From NCBI GenBank assembly GCA_964247055.1, contig OZ176052.1, positions 10,540,001 through 10,604,000 of the forward strand: a stretch of DNA of 64,000 nucleotides, read 5' to 3'. Positions 53,230 through 64,000 of the stretch are shown piece by piece (position 1 is the first letter of the stretch; every line of letters starts with the position of its first letter). The translations under genes and the position numbers were made by a program. The notes below the pieces were generated by a model. The model was not told the DNA's origin. It saw nothing but the letters and a program-made list of their open reading frames with translations, and did no database searches. Source of the DNA: Paragordius varius (taxonomy: Eukaryota > Animalia > Nematomorpha).

Positions 53230-54300
53230 ACATCGGCTTCTAACACTCTTCCATCTCCTGTATTTTTAATGCCGTGCCAAAAAACCGATTGAATTTTGCG
53301 GCAAATCATTCGTCTTTGACGTCTCAAAAATTATTGACTTGCAATGCGAGGGTGTACCACATTAATTTAAAGATGTATAAATTAGATGGTACTACCACAG
53401 AAGAATTTAGCGGATGTCAAAAATTTTCCCATCAAAGCGATATTGGCTGCTTTCACTGGTTTTTAAGTGCGAGATGAACCTTAGGCATGTAGTCAGCCAT
53501 GTCTTCAGGCCGATTCCGGTCGTTTTTTCTATTAATGCATGGTTTCATACGATACCATTGTGGCAGAAAAGTTATCTTTACCTAACCGATTTGGCCTTAG
53601 GTGTTGATGGGCAGGCTTACAAGTAAAAACCACGATATTTTCCGCTTTAGATTTACAACAAAGCTTCCTCTCATCACCCGTTTTAATTGGGTCAAAAAAT
53701 TCCTTTCGTGACCTTGAATCATGATTTTAAAGTCATTATGTGATTTTGATTGGACGTTTATTCAAATTATGTTAAACCCATTTATCGAGTTTATTTTCTT
53801 ATTGTTCATAAACATTTACTGATTGTTTTATTGCTATTTGTATTAATTATACTTGCCGTTGAGTTTGAGTTGCATCATCCAATAAATATTGAAAATCGTC
53901 TTTTTATGTGGCTTATTAGAGAATCCTTTTTCTTTTTCAATTTAAAATATTTAATGAAACCATATTTTAATCGTTACAGCATGTTTACCATAAGTTTTTA
54001 CCAGAAACCACTTTAAACAGCATTTTGTTCCGATGAAATAAGAAATAATGCTTGCCCGAATGGTTCTTTTAGGCACTAAATTCAATTACGGTTGGAAAAA
54101 AATCTAAAGGGCTTGGTGTATTTATCGTTTAATGTTGGATGAACAAATCGTTGATGCATTAAATCTATATGATGATTAGTTCTGCAGAAGTCTTTAGTTA
54201 AACCGAAATGACATTTGACTTCAACTAGTATAGCTGTTTTGTGGCCCCAATAAAGGTCCATAAGAGGTGATATTTGCTGCATAGAAAGCTTGGAGCAAGA
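53230..54300 (-). mobile_element. Decayed mariner (Mos1-like) element
   Basis: Minus-strand remnants IKTGDE, the AGGCCAAATCG block shared with the other copies, and KTAILVEV near the start. Ends not resolved. Confidence 0.72.
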
Positions 54301-54849
54301 TTTATTCTTCTTATTTTACTACCCGCTTTTTACTTTCTTCATATGTTAGGCATATGTTTTATTAATATTTTATAGAATAAAGTATTTACCCTTCATAAAA
54401 AAAATTTATTAACAACTTGCTCATATTTACCATTTTCTGATATGGAGCAGCCACAAAAGCAGATCTTCAAAGATCGAAAAAAGTAGAACGAAACTAAGGT
54501 GATTCCTGGATGATTGTAACCCGAACCGGCTAGGTTTCTTTAATTAAAAATAAAGCGGTGGCTCCTAAAACTTTCGAATCCGAACTGGGGATTCCTGAAA
54601 AAGTGCAAAACTGGGTTGGCTCTTTTATCTAACGATTCCAAATCCGGTTCATTAGGCACCGGTTTCATTTTGGTTCCTGACCTTTAATCAAATTTTCGAA
54701 AACTGAAAATTTGAGGTGGTAAAAATGTTCAGCATCCTCGAATTATATAGCAAAGGTGGTATTATACCATTTTCATCATGCGTCAAAATAGTATTAGTTC
54801 ATATCAAAATTTAGCCTATCGTTTAATATTTTATGGCGCAATCTCGGCA

Positions 54850-57200
54850 TTTTTGCGTTTATTATAAGAGAGAATAGCCCATTTTAGAAGAGCTAAAACA
54901 TATGAGATTTTTTGAGCCCACATCTAAAGATAAAAAAATATTATTTTGCTGTTTATATCTTGTTTATGATATATTTTAGTCATATTTTTGGAATACATTT
55001 AGCTTTAACCGAAAATTTTTTTAATAATGTTTGCAAATTGTGAGATTATCTGATGTAAAGCCCATACCACAATATTATAAAAACTTTCTAAAATACTCAT
55101 AAGAACCAAAACCTAAAGCACCATTATAATCCTAATACATTCGCCTATCAATATATATGAATATATTTTATCAGGTTATTTTTTTGGAACTGTGTTAGTT
55201 AAAAAAAAACTTATAATTTTTACATTTCTTAGGCTTCTATAGTCCTAATTCGAATATTGAAAAATTGCTTTTAAATTATAAGTAAACAACACTTAATTTA
55301 CATTTTTGTCATAGTATACATTTATTTACGGCTTGTTTTGGCGATTGTTAAAAAAAATGAAAAAATGGCGGAAAAAAATTTGATATGTTTTTACAATTAA
55401 ACATTTATTATAAAAAATATCTGTGCGCACCTGATCCAAAATCAGGGGGTATAAAAAAATAACCTGATAAATTATATATATTCTAATAGGAAATATACCA
55501 TGATTATCATGTTTTGGGCTTTGGCCCTTATAAATAATTCAAAGCTATTACACTCTTATGTAATCTCCCAATTCGGGCACGTTTGTTTAAATAAAAATTA
55601 GCTAGCGAAAGAATTTATCTTCCCTAAAAATATCATAAATATATCTTAAACACCTATTAAAAGCAAAACAATATTGAAAATTTATTGTCGGCTTCGAAAG
55701 TCCCAACTTTTTTCGCTCTTTTAAAATAGTCTAGTCTTAAAAAAACGAAAAATACCAGGATTTTGGATTAAATATTTAAATTTTGACATCAAAAAATATT
55801 TAAGAAATGCATAATCTTTAAAAAATAATTTTTAGAAAAACTTTTGTGGAAGTGTACTAATATTTATAAATGAAGGAAATAGTAAAAAACCTTTTTAGAT
55901 GATATAAACACACTTCTCTATAAATTGATGATGGTGGACATTTTTATAGCTTTTAAATTAAAATTAAGAGCATGTTTACTTTTAAATTTGGTGAATTTTA
56001 AAAAACACAATATTCAAAATTATGAGATGGGCATCCTTAAAATATAATAAAAAAGTGTTTTTATAACATCTTAAAGCCTTTTTTACCGGTTCCATCATGT
56101 CTCAAACTAATATGAATACGCCTCAACAAAATTTTGCTACAAACTAAATTTTTGAAAAAAGTATGCATTTTTTAATTTTTTACCTGTGAAAATTTATTCT
56201 AATCCCGCAATTCTGGCCTTTTCGCGGGCTTACAGTGCCCCATTTTAGAAGGGCGAAAATATTTAAGACTTTGGGGGATAAGATCTAATAATAATTTTTT
56301 AAAAAAAAATATTGTTTTCTTTTAAAAATAGTTCATAATATATTTTAAAAAACGTCCATTTCGCCATTTTCTGATATAAACACTACCAGAAAAGTGCAAA
56401 TAACTTTTTTATATTACTCGTTAGATTCCAAAACCAAAAGCACCATGATCCTGCATTTTCCTACCAGAATATATATTTTTTAATAGGTTATTTTTGTCGA
56501 CACAGTGTGCTTCTAAAAGGCTAACTAGAATATTTTTATAATTTGACCCAATGCTAATAATATTATTCAAGTTTTAATTACCCTAAGGAACGACCCGTTT
56601 TACGATTTCTCAGGTGACCGATACGAACGGACTATCAAATAATTTATTAAAATAAACACGTTATGCATTTTTGACAAAAAATTTTTGAGATGCTAATATA
56701 GCATATATCAATTCATATAGTGAACAGCATTTTACGCATTTAACGAACCAAGGCCATTTAAGATTAGTCTGAAATACAGATTTTCGGACTCATATCTAAA
56801 ATTAAAATTTTATAGATATTATTTTTCTTTTTATATACTGCTTATAATATAGCGATATTATTTGTAATAAAAAGCTTAACTTGCCTATAGTAAGTAATAA
56901 ATAGCATTCTTATATCACTCGTAAGGCCCAAACCAAAGACAGAATTAAAATCCTGATACATTTATTAAAATATATATTTCCATGATTTACATCCGCCAAT
57001 TTTCTCCACGATGTTTAGTTAATAATATATTTTTATATATTTTGGAGTGAAAGAATTTGGCTTTAATCAGAGTTTTATTAGCAAATTAGGCAAATTCTCC
57101 CATTTTCTGATAAAGCAAATTACCCATAAAAATATTTTTTTATTTTAAAGGCTCGCCTGAAGCATTATGATAATCCTGTTAATTTCTCTGAAAATAGTTA
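54850..57200. repeat. Cluster of an unclassified dispersed repeat with long imperfect inverted arms
   Basis: The motif (CTCG)TAAGGCCCAAA(A)CCAAAAGCACCATGATAATCCTG occurs at ~55100, ~55510 (inverted), ~56420, ~56915 and ~57150, and also at ~8030, ~8200, ~20720 (inverted), ~21605 and ~25130. CCCATTTTAGAAGAGC at 54878 has an inverted counterpart at ~55715. Confidence 0.7.
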
Positions 57201-57755
57201 CATATTATCAGGATATTTTTTATATTCTTGATATGCATATTTATGTAAATATCACCTGGCTTACTCTCGATGTAATTTTAAATTTTAAATTTTACCAATA
57301 ATTTTCGCTGCTGGCCTGCGATTCTCCCACGCTACTTCTTTACTTGATATTTAATTTTTATAAAATTAAGTAATTAAACATTTAATTGGCCATGATGATA
57401 TAATTATCTTACAATCTTAATAAAAACATGATTTCAAGCATCTTACATCATTCTTATGTTAATATTCCGAATATAGAAAAAGATTATATAAACCTTAAAC
57501 CTTGTAATTCTACATATGGGTCAAAAGTAAATTTATCCTATGCAAGTTCTACACGGTAAATAACCATTAACCTAATAATCTATTTTAGCTTTACAATCAA
57601 AACATTTTTTTAAAATAATCTTGCTCTTATTATTTATGACGTTGTTAAAATTATAATTTTTAACATTTTTTGTATGTGAGTCAGTCGTTGAATTCTTAGA
57701 AAAACAATATACACAATAAGTATATTTTGAAATATTTTTACCAATCTACAATTAG

Positions 57756-60362
57756 ACAAATGGTAGAAAAACCACAAAATAATTTGACAACAAATATTAC
57801 ACAATCCTCCAAAAATGAAGGTATATTTTAGATATATTTATTAACAAAATTAAAATATTTGATTTTTCGCATTGAATAATTTGACCTTAACCTTTTTTGC
57901 ATGACATGTATTGTTTTATTTAACAAATTATGAAAATATCTTTAAAGATTAAATATTTGAATTACATATTATAAATATGTAATCAATTTTATTATATTTA
58001 AAATTTATGTGCCCTGAATCTACGGAAGTGATAACTTAAAATCATCAATAATAATATTTAAAACCACACTCTTAACGCTTGATTAAACGTAACTTAATGC
58101 CTATATTTATATTTAATATCAATTAATTAATTGATACCATATTATCAATATTTCGATAACAATTTTTTTTGCTAATATATTCAATCATTTAAATATTTTT
58201 TTAAAAGGTGGTAATTACAATAAAAACATGAAATTAAAACCAAATGACGATGTGCAAGCACGGATTTTGGATAATCGGAAAAGAGATATTAAAGTAAGGT
58301 TTTTTTTAATAAATATACATCAACATATATTAACTTAATATGGTAATTTAAATTTTTTATTGAATTGATTATGTCAATCGTCGATTTCTATAAAATAATT
58401 AATAAACGAAAATCAAAACGAAAGTAAAGAATAAACTTAAACTGAACTTGAAATAGATGAAAATATTTAGTGATATGTTACAGACCCCCTTGTTCGATAG
58501 TAATTGTCGACAGCATTCAAAACTTTTTAACTTAAGTGTTTTTATATCATCATCAATATATATTCAACATTATTTTTTTGGTTTAATTGTGAAAAATACG
58601 AAATTAAATTAATATTAAAAATTAAATGGAAAATATAGTATATACTTAGGTATTTAACCTATATCAAGAGATGTATTTCGGGGGACACCCATTTTATTTG
58701 ATATTTGAATTATTGTTATAAACAGTATAAATATATTGGTTTTACTAATGTTAATCATATTTAACACTATTTAAGCACTGCCAGTACCATAAATCTTAAC
58801 TTTATTGGCGCAAAAATCATTATTTTTTTAGATAAAGCTTCATAAAAATGAGTTTTTAAGTTTTCCATTTGATAAAAAAATATGCTTATATACCATATAT
58901 TTAATAGACGACTTACGATCCCAACACAAACGTTTGCCATGAGAAATCCAACTCTTTTGTCTCTACAAGTTCCGGCGTTGAAACAGGTGGGGGAAGTGAG
59001 GATTCTGAATATTCTTATCATTACTGGAAGCCTGGGCAAACATCTAAATTACTCGGTCAAAATTTGGGTAATGATATTGATCTGTCAAACTTTAAAGTGA
59101 AATCTAGCGATAGCTTAAATGATAAGGCATTAAATAAATTAAATGCCAATAAAAACAATATAGGAGGCGGTACCTTACAATATTTGGATGTTATACCAAT
59201 CGCTAATAAAAGCGAATATATCAATTTACCATCAAATGGTGACTCTGTAAGTTTTGCTTATGATGATCTTTCAAGAAAGACGCCCAAAATTAATGGTCGT
59301 CTTGATCAAACAATACCTTTAAGCCCTGGCTCATCAACCCTTGATAAAAACTTAATTGACAATTATATTAAGTCACAAAATTTATCGCAAGTTGTTTCAC
59401 AAAAGAAATTAAAGACACCACATACCAACGTTGGGAAAGGTAAAAATACCAATAGGTATTCTATAATGAATGGTACACAGCAGGAGATGGTAACTGAACT
59501 TGTAAAAGACTCCAAATTTTATAGTACTAAAATATCAACAAATCATAAAAGGGATAATTATAAGAATAAAGGATTTTATGATAATGTTCAACCGACTATC
59601 TTAATCAAATCCACATCCTTCCCAAACTCACCGATTAGAGGAAGGGAACAGAAGAATTGCAATAACAAACAAAAAAATGTTTTAATTCTTGATTTCCACG
59701 GTTGGGTCAAACGGGTACTCAAAAAAAGTTTTTCTGCCCAAAAAATCCCCGGTGAAAATGACCGATTCAGAGAGCCAAATAATGTTAAAGGTTATTTTTG
59801 TATATATAAGCTTTTCAATAATTTATGGAAGATGGTTTATTATTTTATACGTCTTAATTTTGACATAGATTTTCTATATTTTGTTAATTTTAATTGTATT
59901 TTTACTATAGCTGGACAAAATCACTATGTAACTGGGCATCAAAGCAAAAAATGTCCAAAACAGTCTTGTACATACTCTCAGAATCTTAATACATCTCTCA
60001 TGTCAGAAAATAGCGAAAATGGTATAAAGGGTCCCAAATCTAGAATACGGCTTGTGAAATCCAACAATAAATTATGTTTGGCAACTCGGGTACGTAGACT
60101 GTCTTTAAGTTCAATTATTCCATTCGCCAAAAATAGTTTTGCTGAAAATTCCAATATTAATAATACATATGACAGACGAAATATAAAAAATGATATAACT
60201 GCAGATAATGCAGTGGGTGAAAAAAATAAACACAATGTGTTTTCGGTTCATTCAAAAGTACCATCTGAGCTCATATACCGTATAATGGGTCGATTCTCAT
60301 ACCACGAAATAGATATGGCTAAAACGGAAGCGCTTAGGATATTATCTCAACATAATTTGTAA
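57756..60362 (+). CDS. Unrecognised multi-exon gene encoding an N/K/S-rich, probably largely disordered protein; 5' end unresolved
   Basis: A long open exon runs from ~58908 through the 432-aa ORF to the stop at 60362, with a probable in-frame intron (~59791-59910, GT..AG, hydrophobic read-through). Small phase-compatible upstream exons lie at ~57756-57819, ~58208-58293 and ~58459-58535. No family recognised. Confidence 0.6.
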
Positions 60363-60904
60363 AATCTATCAAACTTTTTTTTTGAAAAAAAGATCCACAT
60401 TTTGTCCTCAAATGGTGTTGGAAACAAAATTGACTATTTGTTCATTATAACTCGTTGTATTATAATTTCATATGTTCATAGGCAATACATCACATATTTA
60501 ATCATATTTTTATACCCAAACCAATTCGTTATTGATTCTAATGATGCAATACAATATTATTTTATTATCATTATCAATATTTATTTATACTATTTAGATA
60601 TGTATGAGTATTTTTTAGATATATTAGCAATAAATTATTCAAGTTATTATTTGGTATATAAAAACACATTTATGAACATATGAATATATATTACCCCTTA
60701 GGAATAAAATGTGTCGAAAATAGTAATTATTTTTATATGTAATATGGAATTCAATCGTGTATGGCACAACATTTTATTTTGAGCTGAGGTCTATGATGCC
60801 GTCATTGCATCAGAGATAACGAACTATAGCAATAAAATTGCATTTCTCTGTAAAATCAAATGCTAAGCGCATCCACCATAGTAGAGACAAAGTCACAACG
60901 ACGC

Positions 60905-62829
60905 AATAATGTCTTTGAGTCAATTTTCCGGAAAACATTTTGGACCATTCGATTTCAAATATGATTTTTATGTATTTTATTTTAATTGCGCCGAACATAG
61001 CTCGCTTTTTTAATTTAGGCCCTCTTTTTACCCGCTCCCCCCGTAAAATGCCATAAGTCCACAAAAATGTTTTAATCTATTTTTCGCCCAAGGTATGAGA
61101 CCGTAAAAATTTAATGAGGATTCCAGTTATTCCGTGTTAAAAGGCAGAAATTTTAGTCGTGTGAACAGAGACCCGCTAAAAACTGCCCCGTCATATCGAA
61201 ATTGCGTGCCTTTGGGGCTAAATTTCAGAAAACCTATCAGGACAGCAGCTTAAAATATTACCCGTAACAAGGCTATAATTTAGGTCGAGCGGTTTTTTAA
61301 AATTAATCGTTAATTGGGCCCTGCCCTGAAAAAGGCGCTACAATAGAATCATTTTTTTAGTTTAGAGGTATTTTTTCCAAAAACTAATCAGAGCAAATGG
61401 AAACAATCATGATTTCAGATATTCTCCACAAAAAGGTGAAAATTTTAATCAAGCGCTTTTTTTGTATCAGTCTGGGTTGGGAGCTGCCCGCCTAAAACTG
61501 CGCCATCCTATCATATTGCGTTGTTTAGGAGTTAATATTCAGAAAACTTATCAGGCCATATATGTTTAATAACGGCCTGAAATATTACCCGTAAAAAGGC
61601 AAAAAATATGTCGAGCGGTTTATTTATATTAGCCGTTAATTAGGCCCTTTACGCCCTAAAAAATGCGCTATTATTGAACTATTATTGGTTTTGAAGCCAT
61701 TCTTTCAAAAACTATTTAGAACATATGGAATGAATGATGATTCCAGTTATTCCCCTATCAAAAAATTTTATCGAACTCTTTTTTTATATTGACCTTTGGG
61801 TAGGGGTATACCCACCTACAGCGCCACCATATCGATACTCTGGAGGCAAATTTTAAAAAACTTAGCATGCAATATGGGTTTAATAATGGCTTGAAATATT
61901 ACCCTTAAAAAGGCACAAATTTAAGTGACGTGTTTTTTTAAAATTACCCCTTAATTAGGCCCTTGCCAAATGCGCCACCATAGAATGACTTTTTTGGTTT
62001 GAGGCAATTTTTCGAAAATTCAATGAGAGCATATGGAATCAATCATGATGGGTATTATCCGAATTAAGGTGAAAAATTTAATCTAGCGATTTTTTGTTTC
62101 GCCCCTGTTTAGGGGGCTACCCTTTTAAAACTGCATCACCATATTGATACAGCATGACTTTGAAGCCAAATTTGAGAAAACCTATGAGACTATGTGAGTT
62201 CAATAAGGGCCTAAAATATTTATTACCCTTTAAAAAACAAATTTAGAATAGGGGGTTATTTAATGAGTCGCTAAGTAAAGTTTTAGGCCCTGAAATATGC
62301 GCTGCCATGGAACAATATTTTTGTTTTGAAACAATTCCAATAACTTATAGGAACATATGAAATCCATAATAATTTCAGATTTTCCCCATATAAAGGCAAG
62401 AATTTACCTCAGCGCTTTTTTCATATAGGTCTATATGTAGGGGTCTACCGGTTTAAAACTAGGCGCCATACAAAAATGGCCTGATTTTGGAGCTAATTTT
62501 CTAAAAACTAAAGAAGCCATAGGAGTTCAATAAAGGCTTTAAATAATACCCATAAAAAGGTAAAAATTGTAATCTAGCGGTTTTTTCCGTTAGCCGTTAA
62601 TTTGGGTCATTCACCTCAGTAAACAATATATTAGTATGAATGCACAGTTTTGAAAATTCTATAGAACACCTTTTTGAATATCCTATGAGATTATAATTAA
62701 ATAATGTTTCAAAATAATCCACATATATGGATCACAATTTTGTTGATGCTCTTTTTCAAATAGCGCCCCCCTCCAGCTCAAGAAGTCCCAAGATCTTCGG
62801 ACTTCGTATCAGCCCGAGATTTACGCTAG
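60905..62829 (+). mobile_element. Second Helitron-type element of the same family, carrying ~5 diverged tandem units of ~320 bp
   Basis: Shares the 3' terminus (..GAAGTCC..GGACTTC..CGAGATTTACGCTAG|T, ending 62829) and the first unit with 45735-47329. The TAATT(A/G)GGCCCT anchor recurs at ~61013, 61314, 61638, 61953, 62283 and 62598. 5' end not identified. Confidence 0.8.
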
Positions 62830-64000
62830 TATATAATAAAAATATAGAATTGTGGCTTTAAGGCAATTTCCTGAGAAATGTTGAGGCCCATTCAATTCAA
62901 ATATTTATTTTTTTATATTTTTTACAAATGCGCCTAACATAGTCGGCTTATATTTTTTGAATTAGCTTGTGTATTTAGCCTTTCCCTTGTAAATAAATTT
63001 TTGCAAAAACAATGTCCTCAAAAATTTGGCAATTCTTCTCCAAGTTATGAAACTATAAGAATAGGGGTTAAAGGTATTCCCTGTATAAATGATTAAATCC
63101 AACTTTTTCTATTAGCCGCTGGATAGGGCTACTCCATATAAAAATAACACGCCTTTGAATCGTAATAAAACCTATAAGACCATATGGACTTAATTGTTTT
63201 AGGTCCCATAACCAAAAATAAACAAGCGCTTTTTAAAAATAGTTCCACACACTATGCTTCGTCGAATGTGACTTTGCAGCTCTTTCAGAGAAAGACGACC
63301 AATAATTTTTAGTATTCGGTATTTCCCGTTGCGCAAACAATAATTCAAGATCTTTTAAGTTAATCCATGATGATTAGTACCCCCATAAAGATCACCCCTT
63401 TAAACAGTATCTATGGATAAATGTTATTAAGCTTATACGAGAAACAATCTTTTATCGCCTAATGATATTATCTACTAAGTCATTACGAAGCGTCCGGCCA
63501 CAATTAGTAATGTATTATATTCATTTCACATTATTTAATTTTATATTCTCCGTTGAATTTAATTGGCCTATTGTTTTTATTGGACGACTATTCTAATGTT
63601 AGTCCCTTGAAGTTAGGTACATCAAAGCCTAGTGATAAATATATAATTAAAAATTATATTTAAAAATCGAAATAATTTTATTTGATAAGTCCAAAGCTCT
63701 AAACAAAAATTATTGTAAGTAACCAAATAAGTTTTAATAAATGTCAAATGGTCATATTGATTCTTTATTTTCCTACATTGTATTCAATACTTTACCTTGG
63801 GGTAGTTTTATGACCAGAGAAATCAGAATTCGCATATAAGTATAATATATTAATCAAAATTAGCTTTATAAGTGCAATTTTTTAAAAAAAACATAAAAAA
63901 CTCTTTATCTTATAAATTTTCGGTCATTTTTCCTCAAATCTCTTATAAAAGCTAACACAGCCACAAAAAATATATATGAAATAAATATTTAATAGGAAAA

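Noticed and set aside
60905-62620. CRISPR-like or other prokaryotic array
   Set aside because: Units are long and diverged, there is no short identical repeat with unique spacers, no cas genes are present and the context is eukaryotic.
63200-63520. Chromodomain/integrase-like remnant (LWGY*SSWINLKDL) on the minus strand
   Set aside because: Too short and interrupted by stops to support a call.
1-64000. Non-standard genetic code or non-canonical introns
   Set aside because: Resolved genes end in TAA, TAG or TGA, conserved Trp positions use TGG, and all modelled introns are GT-AG. In-frame stops occur only in decayed transposons.

Overview
AT-rich, intron-containing eukaryotic (most likely invertebrate animal) genomic DNA with GT-AG introns and the standard genetic code. 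The organism cannot be named from sequence alone. Genes reconstructed by hand from splice sites and remembered family motifs: the 3' part of TBL3/UTP13 (+, 640-5157), a divergent class-A-GPCR-like fragment (-, ~11.2-11.8 kb), a trypsin-fold pseudo-protease lacking all three catalytic residues (-, 12911-14084), a long MED23 gene (-, 28310-~42.8 kb), a secreted single-domain Kunitz inhibitor (+, 47771-48107), an intact secreted S1 serine protease (+, 51179-52878) and an unrecognised N/K/S-rich gene (+, ~57.8-60.4 kb). The rest is dense in mobile DNA: a complete Blackjack-type hAT element with a perfect 8-bp TSD (17092-20529), a near-full-length RTE-clade LINE (~21.8-24.9 kb), five decayed Mos1-like mariners, two Helitron-type elements carrying tandem arrays, several MITEs and an unclassified long-inverted-arm repeat family. 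The most striking observation is that the hAT element carries, directly behind its transposase stop codon, an ~820-bp inverted, deletion-riddled copy of its own transposase gene. This forms a built-in long hairpin and is a candidate self-silencing element. All family assignments come from recalled motifs, not database searches.
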